The notes beneath the pieces were generated by a model that was given only the letters and a program-made list of their open reading frames with translations, did not search any database and had not been told where the DNA came from. The position numbers and the translations under genes were made by a program. Of a stretch of DNA of 64,000 bases, positions 27,860-40,619 are shown piece after piece (the stretch's first letter is position 1; each line of letters begins with the position of its first letter). Source of the stretch: Lama glama (taxonomy: Eukaryota); the NCBI GenBank assembly GCA_028534125.1, contig CM052816.1, positions 48,114,001-48,178,000 of the forward strand, given 5' to 3'.

Positions 27860-28140
27860 CATTCTCATTCATTCATTCCATCAACATTTTTTTAAGCTTC
27901 CACCACGTTCCACACACTGTGTTCAGTTTTAAGAAGAATAAGATGTGACCTCAATCTTGGATGAGCTAACAGACTTTAGGCTTTGAAAAAATGATAAACA
28001 GTTTTTTTTTTTAATACTCATTTTGCAAAAAGAGTTGTAACTGAGACATACCTAAATAACCTTGTAGCATCAAGGAGAAAGTGACTCTCTCCTGGGGAGG
28101 CTGGGAAGTCTTTCGTGAGGTGACATTTGAGCAGGAAAGG
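27860..28140 (-). mobile_element. L2 3' end fragment
   Basis: (attc)n start followed by 'caacattttttt...cacactgtg...gaggtgacatttgagc'. Confidence 0.6.
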
Positions 28141-28557
28141 TACTTAAAACACAGTTGTTAGAAAAGATCAATTTCAGCTAGAGGGAGAATATACAGTACT
28201 GTGATATACGGGAAAATGTTTCCCATAGAGCTGTCTGTTGCTTATGTATAAAATTTCTAGGAAAACTTAGGAATATCAGAAATGCAATAGAGGCTAAACT
28301 TATTGTTACTGAAAGGGCTGAGAGTGTTGAATGACCAGCATCTGCTTCTGAAATATACAGGGATTTTAGAGGATGTATTTAGAAGATGTATTTATATTAT
28401 GTTTTATATATTCATTTGATACATTTCCTGCCTGCTTTAAAAGTATAATATGGCATATCAGTTATCTCATTTTAAGATCCAGAATAATGTAATACATTTC
28501 TCTTATTTTTTTAGTTTTATCATTGCTTCCTGCAATAAATACATTTAAAAATTAATA

Positions 28558-28894
28558 TGTGTCTTAGTCTGTTCAGGCTGCTATAACAGAATACCATAAA
28601 CAGGGTGGGTCATAAACAACAGAAATTCATTTCTCACAGTTCTGGGTGCTGGGGAATGCATGACCAAAGTGCTGGCAGATTCGGTGTCTGGTGAGGACTT
28701 GCTTTCTCATTCACAGAGACCTGTCTTTTTTATATAAGTTCATGTGGTAGAAGAGGGCAGGGAGCTCTCTTGGGCCTCTTATGAGGCACTAATTCCAATC
28801 ACAAAGACTCACTCTCATGACCTAGTCACCTCCCACAGGCCCCACCTCCGAATACCATTGCAATATGGGGAGACACAGACATGTAGTCTGTAGT
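28558..28894 (-). mobile_element. MaLR solo LTR (MLT1A-like)
   Basis: 'tgtcttagtctgttcaggctgctataacagaatacc...tttctcacagttctgg...ggccccacctcc'. Confidence 0.88.
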
Positions 28895-28904
28895 AATATC
28901 TACC

Positions 28905-29113
28905 TAGGGTTTCTTAATCCTGGCTCTATTAACATTTCAAACCAGTCATTTTTGTTATTTAGAGGTTATTTTGTGTGTTGTAGGATGTTTAGCAGCATCT
29001 CTGGCTTTTACTTACTAGATGCCAGTAGAACCTGCAGCTGTGACAACCAAAAACATCCCCAGACATTACCAAGTGCCCCTGGGGCACAATATCACCTCAG
29101 GTGAGAATTACTG
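28905..29113 (-). mobile_element. MER20 hAT-Charlie MITE
   Basis: 'taggatgtttagcagcatctctggc...actagatgccagtag...tgtgacaaccaaaaacatccccagacatt'; ends resemble TIRs. Confidence 0.88.
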
Positions 29114-30980
29114 ATTTAATTTAATCCCAGTATTCTTAAGCGCTCTTTGTTTTTCATGTTATAAAGTCAGATATTGTCCTAGAAACATTCCTGTCCCTTA
29201 GCACAACATTATTATTAGTTTTATTTTTATTTTATGTCTGGACAGTCGCAGTGTAATTTTCTAAAGAGAGAAAAGTATTACTTTTTTATAACATCCTGGA
29301 TTTTCTCAGGTAATTGTACCTGGCTTGGATGTATCATGAGGTGATATGGAGTACCTTCCTCCTTCCTCAGAGAAATAGATACATTAAATGATTTTTAAAC
29401 AGAATCATAGAAAAGCCCAGGCCCAAGGTGTACTGCTACCCCTGCCTATCCAAGGTCATATCTCTTGTGTATGTTTTCACAGTGCAACAGAAGACAGTCA
29501 GAAATCCCTTTGTGAGTCTATAGGTTGTGATAGATTTCCCTGGCTGGCCAGAGGTGGGGAGGGTAGGTGAAGAACAGTAAGAAAATAAATGATAGACAGT
29601 ACTGATCCCACTTCAGTGTGAACTAGCTGTGAGTGTCAGCTACTCCCATCTAGGAGTGGTAGCAAATCATGAGAAATGGAAAATACAGTTATTGTTCAGA
29701 GAATTCTCTGAGATGCTTCCCAATTTAAAACTAGGGACAGGCAGGCCACGATACAATACTAAGAAAAGAAATAAAACCGTGTATTTACCACTTCAGTGCT
29801 ACTTCTTGATATGAGGAAAAAACATCTTTGCTTACCCTCTGCACTCTTGAAATTTCTTTATTAAATTGTCAAAAATTCCACTGTGCATCACAGAAATTGA
29901 GTTTCCTATTTTCTGAGCAAAAGGGAGAATGCTGAATGAATGGCAAATGAACAATGGTGCTTTGAAGAAAACTAAGTTCAGCAATGATGTTGTAAAATGC
30001 AGGATCCTCAAATACAGAAAGAATCATTCTGAAGTCTGTCTCATTTTTCTAGATCAGAGTTTTATGTATGTGAGAATACATGGAAAACGTTTTAAACTAA
30101 TCTCTTCTTAAAGGGAAACCTTTGGAAATTGCAAAACTTCGTTAATCAAAATGCACAATATTCCAATTGCCAAAGAATGCTAGTTTGAAATTCTTTATAG
30201 AATCTCCTCTCTAGCATCTATGAAATATAGCTCTGCTGGGATGCTGTGTAAAAAAAGCTGCACAGATACTTTTTGGCTTTCTAAGAGCTTCTAATTTAAG
30301 GCACTGAAAACTTAAATATGTATATCCAGTATAAAGTGATAAGAGAATGAATGAGGGGATAATTTGTAAAAATACCCAACACTTAAATTAATAAGATAAT
30401 TAATAAGATATATACTATCTAGTTAAAGAAGGCTTTTCTGTAGCTGTGTGTAGGACAAAAGCTTGTTGAACTTACAAGTAATGATAAAATTTTACCCATA
30501 TGGTCCATCTTTACACAAAGTCTAGAGTAAAAACTAGAATGACTACTGTAAGATTTATGAGGACAAAGAAATTCCCTCTTGTCTCTTCCCACTTTCCCTC
30601 CATATGTCCCACATGGCAGAAAAAAAGATTGTAATTTCTATGGTTATTTTTTCTTGAATTTAACTCCTTATTTCCATATACTACACTAATGTTGTTATTT
30701 CTTAATTTATAGATTTTGGTCATAATTTATTGACTTCTTATTATGACAGTTGAGTGCCTTGGTCTCATGTGACACCAAATTGGACATCCAATTACTTCAA
30801 TAGATGAAAGTGGAAATTGCTGGGTGGGTTTCTAATGAAGCTTCCTTAAAAATGTGGTGAGTCAACCAGCAGGCACAGCTTACATTTGCTTCTAAATCTT
30901 TCCTTCTTTTGGGAAGGAGGAATGGTGACTGGAATTCAGCACCTTTCTTTTGATCATGAAATGACACCAAGGAAGGGAGA

Positions 30981-31752
30981 AGTGGTTGGCAGAATAATAA
31001 CCCATTAATAGTCCTCAAGGTTGTCCACATTCTAATCCCCAGAATATGGCGAATATGCTGTGAATATGTTGCTTACATGACAGGAAGTACTTTGTGATTC
31101 AGGTTATGAACCCTGAGATGCGGCTGTCCCTCCAATCCACTGGTAAGTAACATGTTGAGGATAGCTGATGCACAGATAAAAGTTAACGGAAACCATGTAG
31201 CACTTGTGTGGTGAAATGGCTGGAAGGTAAATCCCCTCAAAAAATATTTGAAAGTCTCACCTGTATTGACACCATTTTTATAAAAAATTATCTCACTATG
31301 GGAAGTTTGCTTAAGACTCTTCTCTGCCTTATACACAAATACTCCTGTCAAAATACAATTATCTTCAGGCAGTGACTTAGCTGTCTATGTGTCTTTAAGA
31401 ATATTGATCTAATATCTCAGGACATCTCTCTGTGCATATCGAGAAAAGAAATGTTTACCAATGGATTGGTTGAACTTGTTTCCTGTTTTGCTCCCCAATA
31501 TTAGCTTTGCTGGCTCTGAAGATGGAGGAAGGGGATCAAGGAATGCAGGTGGTCCCTAGAAGCTGAGAATGGCAAGAAAACTGATCTTTCCCTAATGCCT
31601 TAGTAAGGTGTGCAATCCCACTGACACCTTGATTTTAATTCAGTAAGACTCATTTTAGATGCTTGACTTATAGGACTATAAAATAATAGATTTGTATTGT
31701 TTAGCCACTTCATTTGTGGTAATTTATTACGGCAAATAATAAAGCTAACATA
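30981..31752 (+). mobile_element. MaLR solo LTR (MLT1D-like), interrupted by an ASH2L cDNA fragment
   Basis: 5' part 'gtccacattctaatcccc...tgtgaatatgtt...ccctgagatg' (to 31120); 3' part 'ttgctggctctgaagatggaggaagggg...tttgtggtaatttatt...ctaaca' (from ~31507). Confidence 0.85.
31121..31506 (-). pseudogene. ASH2L: ASH2L processed-pseudogene fragment (C-terminal SPRY region), degraded
   Basis: Minus-strand translation across frameshifts gives [40 protein letters not shown] / [25 protein letters not shown] / [20 protein letters not shown] / VDWRDS, matching recalled ASH2L [42 protein letters not shown] / [25 protein letters not shown] / [20 protein letters not shown] / VDGRRS; no introns, stops at 31409-31411 and 31385-31387. 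Confidence 0.92.
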
Positions 31753-33239
31753 GAAGCCAATTGTCAGAACACAGGAGAATAAAAATAGAAGGAACATGCC
31801 ACATTGAGATCTTATGGAGCCCTGGATGACTGCATTTAAACATGACATGTACGTTTGAGAGAGAAAATTAAATCCCTGTCTTCTGTGTGTATTACTGCTT
31901 TCCAAGACTGTTTCCCGTATCAGGATCCAATTCTTCACTAATGAAATGAGGACTTAGTTACTTTATAAGATAAAGTTGGTGGCTCCATCTAGTTCTAGTT
32001 GTGTTTTGTTACTTTGATTTGCATTTTTAATATCTATAAAAAAAGTACAGTCTTGATTTTTATCTGAAAGCTGTAATTCCATTTTAGACATGTTTCATGA
32101 TCTAACAAAAGTTCTAAATAAGTTGTATGATTTGTTTTCTATTAGTCTGTTGATTTTAGATATATTTTAAAAGTTACCTAAGCATATAGAAGTAAAACAG
32201 TAGGTTAATTGCTTTTTAACATCATAACATAAACAGTTTTAACCCAATGATTTGTTTTAAAAATCTATCAAAATTAAAGTTACAGGCAAATAGACATCTT
32301 TTAGGCAAAAATCACTCAAAGATGATAATTTTCAAAGTATAATCGTAAGAGGATCACACTGTGGCTATGACAGTATGAGCAAGGCAGCTGATGATCGTAG
32401 GAATTTCAACACTGTGCTTGTTTTATTGTACAGCTTGATATTTTGCTTGTTTTATGATGGCATAAAGAGTACAGATGAGTGAGTGAAAAAGTAGAGGCTA
32501 GATATATGAGAGAACCAATGAGAGAAGCAGTGGGAGAGAAAACATTAATACTTTCTGGAGTCAGATATGTACAACAATAGAACGAATTACAGAACGACCA
32601 TGAGATCTGCCACTAACAATCTAGCCACTGTCTAAAATACTTCCAAATTTCTATTTCCATGTTTTGCTTTATATCTCTATCTAAATTTCAAATGCTTAAA
32701 TATAATTTTTTTTTTTTTTACTATTTGAACCTAATGTATAGACCAAATCACATTTTATATCAATCAACTGGTATTTCTATTTTTTTACTCACTCCTTGGG
32801 TGGGCTGTGAACTGTTTTTTATCCCAACATATAACAAAATGCCTGTGAGTAGTAACTATTTCGTAAGTCTTTGACTTGAATTGAATGTCATAATTAACTA
32901 AGCCCACATCATATTTTTAATAATCTTCACTTATAAGATCATCATTTTCTAGGCCATTTTGGAAACATTTGTACCATTTTATTTATTTATTTTTCATTTG
33001 AGTGTAAAGTCTAGACAGGAAGGAAATGTCTTACATACTGGTAGTACTATTTTCATTCTTTTTTCTTTTTCAGCACTTCTAGTGTCTTATGCATAGAAAA
33101 TTCAATACACCTCTGTTTATTGAATAAACTGCTAAGAGATGCAGTTAAGTAAAGACCAGTAGAGTAAGAGTAATGAATACTGACAGTGAAATGGAAAGAA
33201 AGAAACATATCTCTGTTTTCTTGGAGAACCATCCCAGAA

Positions 33240-33400
33240 TACAGTAATCATAAACTGTATTTGATGTTCTTACAATTTACAAACACTTATGAGATCAATC
33301 TACCTTCTGTAGCAGGTATTATTTATACACACTATGTGAGCAAGGAAATATAGATAGGTTAATAAGCTTGTTCAAAAATCACCCTGCCACTAAATGACAA
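33240..33400 (-). mobile_element. MIR fragment
   Basis: 'gcaggtattatt...gagcaaggaaatatagataggttaataagcttgttcaaaaatcaccctgcc'. Confidence 0.5.
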
Positions 33401-33736
33401 CTTTATTACTATTAAAATTTTATAATTATTAATTAATATTCTTATTATCATTCTCATCATATTATTTAGTGGTGATGGTGAAGGTAGATATGACTGCCAA
33501 GTATTTACAAATATATTTTGTTTTACTTTACTTTATTGTGTTTCACAGATATGCATTTTTTTTTAACATATTTGAAGGTTTGGGGGTAACCCTGAATCAA
33601 GCCAGTCTATTGGTGTCATTTATGCAACAGCATTTGATCACTTCATATCTCTGTGTCACATCTGGTTATTCTCACAATATTTAAAAAGTTATTATTATTA
33701 TTATTATTTTTTTTTATTATTATATTTGTTATCTTG

Positions 33737-33759
33737 GTGTGTGTGTGTGTATGTGTGTG
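33737..33759. repeat. (TG)n microsatellite at the retrocopy 3' junction
   Basis: gtgtgtgtgtgtgtatgtgtgtg. Confidence 0.85.
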
Positions 33760-34092
33760 GATCTCACAGGTATGTTTTTTCATGCACGAGGGCAGAAGCA
33801 AATCTACAAGTCAACACAATGTCCCACATTCCCATCCAACAGAGCCAGACCATGTAAAGGTGGTTAATGGTGACTATGAGCAGGTGCAGGACTGGAAGCT
33901 TTCAAAGCTTTACTTCTCTTATCAACAATTCTGATTTTATAAATGGTGAAGCCCATCAAGCCCATTTCTACCCAAATCTCCTGGTAAACTTAGGTAAAGT
34001 AGGGCTTCATGGGGATCCAAACATTTTTTATAAAGCTTTGAAGCATCTCAATAAAGGCCAGTAGCTCACCTGAGGCCCCAATCCACAACCAA
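33760..34092 (-). pseudogene. ATP5MJ: ATP5MJ (ATP5MPL/C14orf2/MP68, ATP synthase 6.8 kDa proteolipid) processed pseudogene; CDS 34046..33864
   Basis: Minus strand reads [59 protein letters not shown] (60 codons plus stop, no frameshift, intronless); premature TAA at codon 19 (33992-33990); UTR-like flanks; matches recalled mammalian 6.8PL. Confidence 0.96.
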
Positions 34093-34749
34093 CTGATCAG
34101 TAACCTTGTAATTGTTTTGGCACTTTTTATCAATAAAATATATTTTAATTAAGGTAATTATGTATGTTTTTTGTGCGACATAGTGCTATTGAGGACTAAA
34201 AAGACTACAAGTATAGGAAAAACTTAACTTTTATATGCACAGAGAAACCAAACAAAAAAAAATTATGTGACTCATTTTATTATGAGTTTTGCTTTACTGT
34301 TGTGGTCTAGGACTGAACATGCCATAACTACAAGGAATGCCTGGATAAGGATATTTTCACAAGCACAGTTACATAAGGGAATATCTTCTCTAAATACTTT
34401 TCCTATGCACTTGATGAATGTATACGATTTGGTCATTTTTCTCTACTCTTAGACAGTGTTGTTAATTTCAAATTCTCAGGATAGAAACTGTGTGAAAGAA
34501 AACACTTCTTTTGGGGGGAAATTCTTTCTAGCACAAAGGCTATAAGGAGCCATGTGTTGATGGAGGAGTAAGAAAAAGACACTTGATAACACTAAAAATC
34601 AAACAATGGTATAAAAAGAGTATCTACTTTCATAGGAAATTAATCATTATTAAATTTTTAGTAATACTAAAGAAGGAGTGTAAACTAAAGATAATTTCAG
34701 TTTCAGAATAGATGCATCTGGAATAATTATATATAAAAGTTAGATTTAA

Positions 34750-37700
34750 GTGGCCATGATGGCTGAGCTCACATTCTGCCATGGGTGCACCAAAATTACA
34801 ACTATTTACAGAGCAACTATCTATAATAATGACCTGAAGATTAATGGAAAATATTTTCTACAACAAAAGATATAAAGAAGGAACAACAATGGGACGGTAG
34901 GAGAGGCAGAGATGTAGTATAGTCAAGACCCATAGCCCTGGATAGGCAACTTATAAACACAGGAGGATAATTATAACTGCAGAGGTTCTCCCTAAGGAGA
35001 GAGGGGTCTGAGCTGCACATTGGGCTCCCCAGCTTGGGGGTTCTGCAATGGGAAGATGAGCCCCCAGAAAGATAGGCTTTTAAGGACAAAATGACTTGTG
35101 TACTGGAGAGCCAGAGGGCTGTAGGAGACAGACTCCACTTTCAAAGGGTGTGCAAAATCCCACATCCTGTGAGCCCCAGTGTAGTGTTCATAATTTAAAA
35201 GAGGCCTGGATCAGCCCACTTACTGACCTTGGAGGGCTTCCTGGAGAGGCAAGAGGCATTTAGGACTCACCCTGGGGCATAGATGCTGGCAGAAACTATT
35301 TTGCGAGTTCGTTGTACCATGAGAAAACAGGTTATGGCAAATGCCATTGTGGAGTCCTCCCTTTAACCTATTAGCACCAAGGACGTACCCACACACCAGC
35401 AGCTGGCACCAGTTCCAGGACCCTCACACTGAGAAGCCAGATGCACTGGGACCCAACCCTACCCACCAGTAACAAACCTGGTACTTCCAGGGCCCCCTAG
35501 TAAGCCATACTGGGATTTGGCCTCACACATCAGCAAACTGGCAGCTACTACATGAGGCACAAAGCAGCCACTGTACCAGTCAACTGGGTTGCGGGCCAGC
35601 CCTGCCTAGCAGCATTCCTACAGTAGTTGGTCCTGCCATAGCATATGGGCCCATGCAGCCTCAAAGGGTGCACCCCTAGAGCATAAAGATCTGGTGACCA
35701 GAGATTAGTGTGATGCTGGGCCCCATAGGACATCTACATTAGGCCACTTCTCCAAGATTGGGAAATGTAACCTACTTACCTAATACATAGACATAAAAAA
35801 TAGAATTAGGCAAAATGAGGAGATAGAGGGATATGTTCCAAAAGAAGAAAAAAACAAAAACCCTAGAATAAAAATTAAGTGGAGATAAGCAATCCATCTG
35901 ATAAAGAGTTCAAGGTAAGGATCATACAGATGCTCAATGGACTCAGAAGAATGGATCGACACTGTGAAATGTTTAACAAAGAGTTGAAATATACAAAGAA
36001 TAAAACAGAGCTAAAGAATATAATGACAAATAAAAAGTACACTAGAAAGAATTAGCAGTAGATTAGATGATACAGAGGAATGGATCAGTGAGCTGGAAGA
36101 CAGAGTAGTAGAAATTAACCAAATTGAACAACAACAAAAAAAAAGAATTTTAAAAAATGAGGATAGATCTCTGTGACAACATCAAGTGCACTAACATTAT
36201 TAGGGGATACTGAAAGAAGAGAGAAAGGGATAGAGAACCTATTTGAAGAAATAATAGCTAAAAACTTCCCTAATCTGGGAAAGGAAATAGACATCCAGGT
36301 CCAAGAAGCACAGAGTTCCCTAAACAAGATAAACCCAAAGAAGTCTACATAAAGATTCATAATAATTAAAATGGTGAAAATTAAAAATAAAGAGTCTTAA
36401 AAGCAGCAAGAGAAAAACAACTAGTTACCTATAGGGGAATTCCCATAAGATTATGAGCTTAGTTTTAAGTAGAAGCTTCGTAGTCCAGAGGGAGTGGCAT
36501 GAGATATTCAAACTGATGAAAGGAAAAAACCTACCACCAGGAATACTCTGCGCAGCAAGGCTGTCATTCAGATTTGAAGGAGAGATAAAGAGTTTTATAC
36601 AAACAAGCAAATGCTAAAAATTTTCTACACCACTAAACCAGCTTTACAAGAAATGGTAAAGGGCTTTATCTAAAAGAAAAGAGAAATAGAAATATGAAAA
36701 TTGCTAAAGGAAAAATCTCATTGGTAAAGGCAAATATAAAGTAAAGGTAGTAAATCAACCACGTATAAAGTAGGAAGGTTAAAAGACAAAAGGAATAAAA
36801 TCATCTATATCCACAATAAGTAAGTAAGGGATACATAAAACAGAAAGTTCCAAACTATGATGTCAAAATATTAAATGTGGAGGTAGGGGAGTAAAAATGC
36901 AGGGCTGTTAAAATGCATTTGAACTTTAAGAGTTCATCAACTTAAAATAATCATGTGTATATATAGGTTATTATATATGAACTTCATGATAACCACAAAC
37001 CAAAAACCTATAATAGATACATACAGATGAAAAAGAAAGTAATCCAAATATAGCACTAAAGGTAGTCATCAAACACAAGAGAAGAGAGCAAAAGAAATGA
37101 AAAAAAAATCTAAAAAAAAAAACCAAGAAAACAAGTAACAAAATAGCAATAAGTACATATCTATCAATAATTACTTTAAATGTAAATGTACTAAATGAAA
37201 CATACTTCAACATACCACATATGATACAACTACAGTCAACATCATACTCAATGGTGAAAGCGTTCACTAAGATCAGGAATAAGAGAAAGACACTCATTCT
37301 TGCCACTTTTATTCAAGATAGTATTGGAAGTTTTAGCCACAGCAGTCAGACAAGAAAAATAAATAAAATGAATCTAAATTTGGAAGGAAGAGGTAAAACT
37401 ATCACTGTTTGTAGTTGACATGATACTATTAATGGAAAATCCTTAAAATGCCACCAAAAAATGATTAGAAATAATAAATGAATTCAGTAAAGTTGCAGCT
37501 ATGAAAATTAATTTATAGAAATCTGTTATTTTTCTACACACTAACAACAAACTATCAGAGGAGAAATTAAGGGGAAAAATGCCATTTACGATGCATTAAA
37601 AAGAATAAAATACCTAGGAATAAATCTAATCAAGGAGGTAAAAGACCTGTTTCAAGAACACGTAAGTCAATGGTGAAAGAAATTGAAGACAACACAAATG

Positions 37701-39435
37701 GAAAGATATACCATGATTATACATTGAAAGAATTAATATGTTAAAATGACCATATTACCCATGACAATCTACATATTAAATCCCTATCAAAATACCAATG
37801 GAATATGTCACAGAACTAGAACAAATAATTTTAAAATTTGTGCAGAAACAAAAGACCTTGAGTAGCCAAAACAAACTTGAGAAAGAACAAAGCTGGAGAT
37901 ATCATGCTCCCTGATTTCAAACAATATTACAGAGCTAAAGTAATCAAAATACTATGATACTGAAACAAAAACAAACACATAGATTAATGGAACAGAACTG
38001 GGGGCCAAGAAATAAACTCATATTTATATGGTTAATTAATCTAAGCAATAGAGTTAATATAAAATGGATAAAGGATAATCTTTTCCATAAATGTTGGGAA
38101 AAATGGACAACTATATCTAAAGTATCAAAATGGACTACTTTCTCACATCATATACAAAAATAAACTCAAAATGGATTAGACACTTACATGTAAGAACTGA
38201 AACTATAAAATTCCTAGAGGAAATAATAGGTAATACTTTCTTTGACATCAATTTTAGCAATTATTTTAGTATATCTCCTTAGGCAAGGAAAAACAATGGC
38301 AAAAATAAACAAATGGGACTACATCAAATTAAAAAGCTTTTTGCACACTGAAGGAAACTTTGAACAAAAAAATACAAAAACTCTCTACTAAATAGGAAAA
38401 TGTATTTGTAAATGATATATCTGATAAGGGGTTAATATTGAAAATATATAAATAATTAATAACTCAATGTCAAAAAAAATCCCACAACCTGAGTGAAAAA
38501 TGGGAATATGACCTGAATAGACATTTTTCCAAAGAAGATAAACAAATGGTCAACAAACACATACAAAGACCCTCAACATCACCAGTCATCAAGGAAATGC
38601 AAATCAAAACCACAATCAGATATCACCTCACACCTGTCACAATGGCTATTATCAAAAACACAACAAATAACACATGATAGCAAGGATGTGGAGAAAAGGG
38701 AATCCTTGTCCATTGTTGGGGTGAATGTAAATTGATACAGCCACTATGGAAAACAGTATGAAGAGTTCTGAGAAAGTTACAAATAGAACTACCATTTTAT
38801 CCAGCAATTCCACTTCTGGATATTTTTCTGAAAGAAACAAACACTAATTTAAAAAGGCATATGCACACCTATGTTCATTGCAGCGTTATTTACAATAGCC
38901 AAGATATGGAAGCAACCTAAGTGCCCATCAATAGATGAATGGATAAAGAAGAGTGGTATATACATGCATTGGAATATTACAGAGTCATAAAAAGGTGGTA
39001 TCTTGTCATCTGCAATAAAATGGATAGATGTGTTGGGTATTATGCTAAATGAAGTAAGTTAGAGTGTGAAAGACAACTATTGTATGATTTCATTTATATG
39101 TAGAATCTAAAAAACAAAACAAGTGAACACACATATGAAAACAGAAACAGTCTCATAGACACAGAGAACAAACTGGTGGTTGCCAGAGATGAGTGGGGTG
39201 GTGGGATGAGGAAGAGTAAGAGGTTCAAACTTCCAGTCATAAAATGAATGCCATGGGGATGTAATGTGCCACAAAGGGGATATAGTCAATAATATTGTAA
39301 AAACTTTGGATGGGTACAGATGGTAACCAGCCTTAGCATGATGATCATTTTGTAATGTATAAAAATATTGAATCACTCTGTCATATCCCTAAAACTAATA
39401 TATTATAAGCCAATTGCACATCAATAAAATAAAAG
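34750..39435 (+). mobile_element. L1 (L1MA-like) with 5'UTR, degraded ORF1, ORF2 with large internal deletion, and 3'UTR
   Basis: GC-richer 5'UTR ~34750-35800; ORF1 motifs 'gaagaaataatagctaaaaacttccctaatctgggaaagg'; ORF2 start 'aattactttaaatgtaaatg' ~37170 joined to mid-RT; 3' end 'tcaataaaataaaa' ~39430. Confidence 0.93.
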
Positions 39436-40129
39436 AGATATAAAATATTCAGTCAAAGTTTAATGGCATAAGGAGAGATGTAGTTGATGAGTTTCTATGG
39501 TGAACATCATCATAAAGGAAATCTTCATCCTATATAATTCATCAAATTATAAATATGTATTCTATTACCAGTCTGGCTTAAAGTGATTATATTCCCACAA
39601 ATAAAATTTTATTATGTTTGGTTACAACACATAAAGCACAAGAGAGCTCATGCATATAATTTGTCCTCTGAAAAATTTAGATTGAGAATTTTACTTAACT
39701 TCAAGGATATTAGTTTTTGAAGTTTTTAAGTTCTCTCTTTTAGAAGTAAATATGATATACATTAAGTTTTCTTATGGCCTACCTAGTTTCTCTTGTGAAC
39801 ATTTTGCTTCATCCTGTTTTTCCTTTCATCAGAAATAATTTAAAATTGGATATAGGGATAGAAAATTAGTATGTATTATATCCACATTCTCATTTCTAGG
39901 TCCAGATAGATCAAGTGAATTTAAAATAAAATGAACCAAACAATAGCAGTGTGACTGGTATCATTCCTTCCAATAATCAGCATTACTGAGAAATACTTAT
40001 CAGCACAAATCCCCTTAATCTCAGGTACCAATATGATATGATGTTTGCTTTTACTGAGGACAATAATTTTTTTCTAAATTCCAAGTTCCCATTCAACTAG
40101 CTTTTATATTTTCATCATCATTATCATAG

Positions 40130-40365
40130 TGATTATAAATATATATTAATCATTAAATGTATGGGAAGCACCTCTCTAAGATTCTTACATATACATTACC
40201 TTAATTAATACAGGTAATGATCCTATGAAGTAGTTATTACCTCTATCATCCAGGTAACAACTGTAAGGTGTTTAAAGGGATTAAGTATGGTCCAGGGTAA
40301 TACAGAGATTAGTTGCAGAATGAGAGTCAAATTCAGGTAGCACGATCTGAGAAACTGCACTCCTC
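40130..40365 (-). mobile_element. MIR
   Basis: 'atcctatgaagtagttattacc...ggattaagtatggtccagggtaatacag...gagtcaaattcagg'. Confidence 0.6.
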
Positions 40366-40385
40366 TATTTAGAGATGGCTATACT

Positions 40386-40472
40386 GTTTTTGCATTTTTT
40401 TTATTAAAGTGTACTTGATTAACAATGTTAGTTTCAGGTGTACAGCAAAGCCATTCAGTTAAACATATGCAT
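40386..40472 (-). mobile_element. ~90-bp L1 3' tip with degenerate TSD
   Basis: 'tttttttattaaagtgtacttgattaacaatgttagtttcaggtgtacagc'; gagatggctatact (40372-40385) and gaaatggctgtact (40473-40486). Confidence 0.75.
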
Positions 40473-40619
40473 GAAATGGCTGTACTTTAACTTCAATAAA
40501 AGATTTAAAAATTGGAGTGAACATTAAGGTAGAGTTGAGAATAACAATTTGCAATCACAAAATATTTCTTAGAATTGTAAGAAGACATAGTGAAATCTTG
40601 GTGATGTGCTAATCTGTGC

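Larger units (their letters stand above)
33508..34343 (+). mobile_element. Internally deleted Tigger1 (Tc1/mariner MITE), interrupted by an ATP5MJ retrocopy
   Basis: 5' part 'ttgaaggtttgggggtaaccctgaatcaagccagtctattggtgtcatt...ctctgtgtcaca'; 3' part 'cttttatatgcacagagaaacc...gtggtctaggactgaac...aggaatgcctg'; preceded by TA. Confidence 0.88.

Noticed and set aside
31073..31351. 92-aa ORF as a functional ASH2L-like gene
   Set aside because: Only ~25 residues are in the ASH2L frame; stops upstream, a frameshift downstream, and it runs out into the LTR
16590..37196. Inverted homology between ~16.6-17.4 kb and ~36.5-37.2 kb
   Set aside because: Two independent related L1 copies in opposite orientation, visibly diverged
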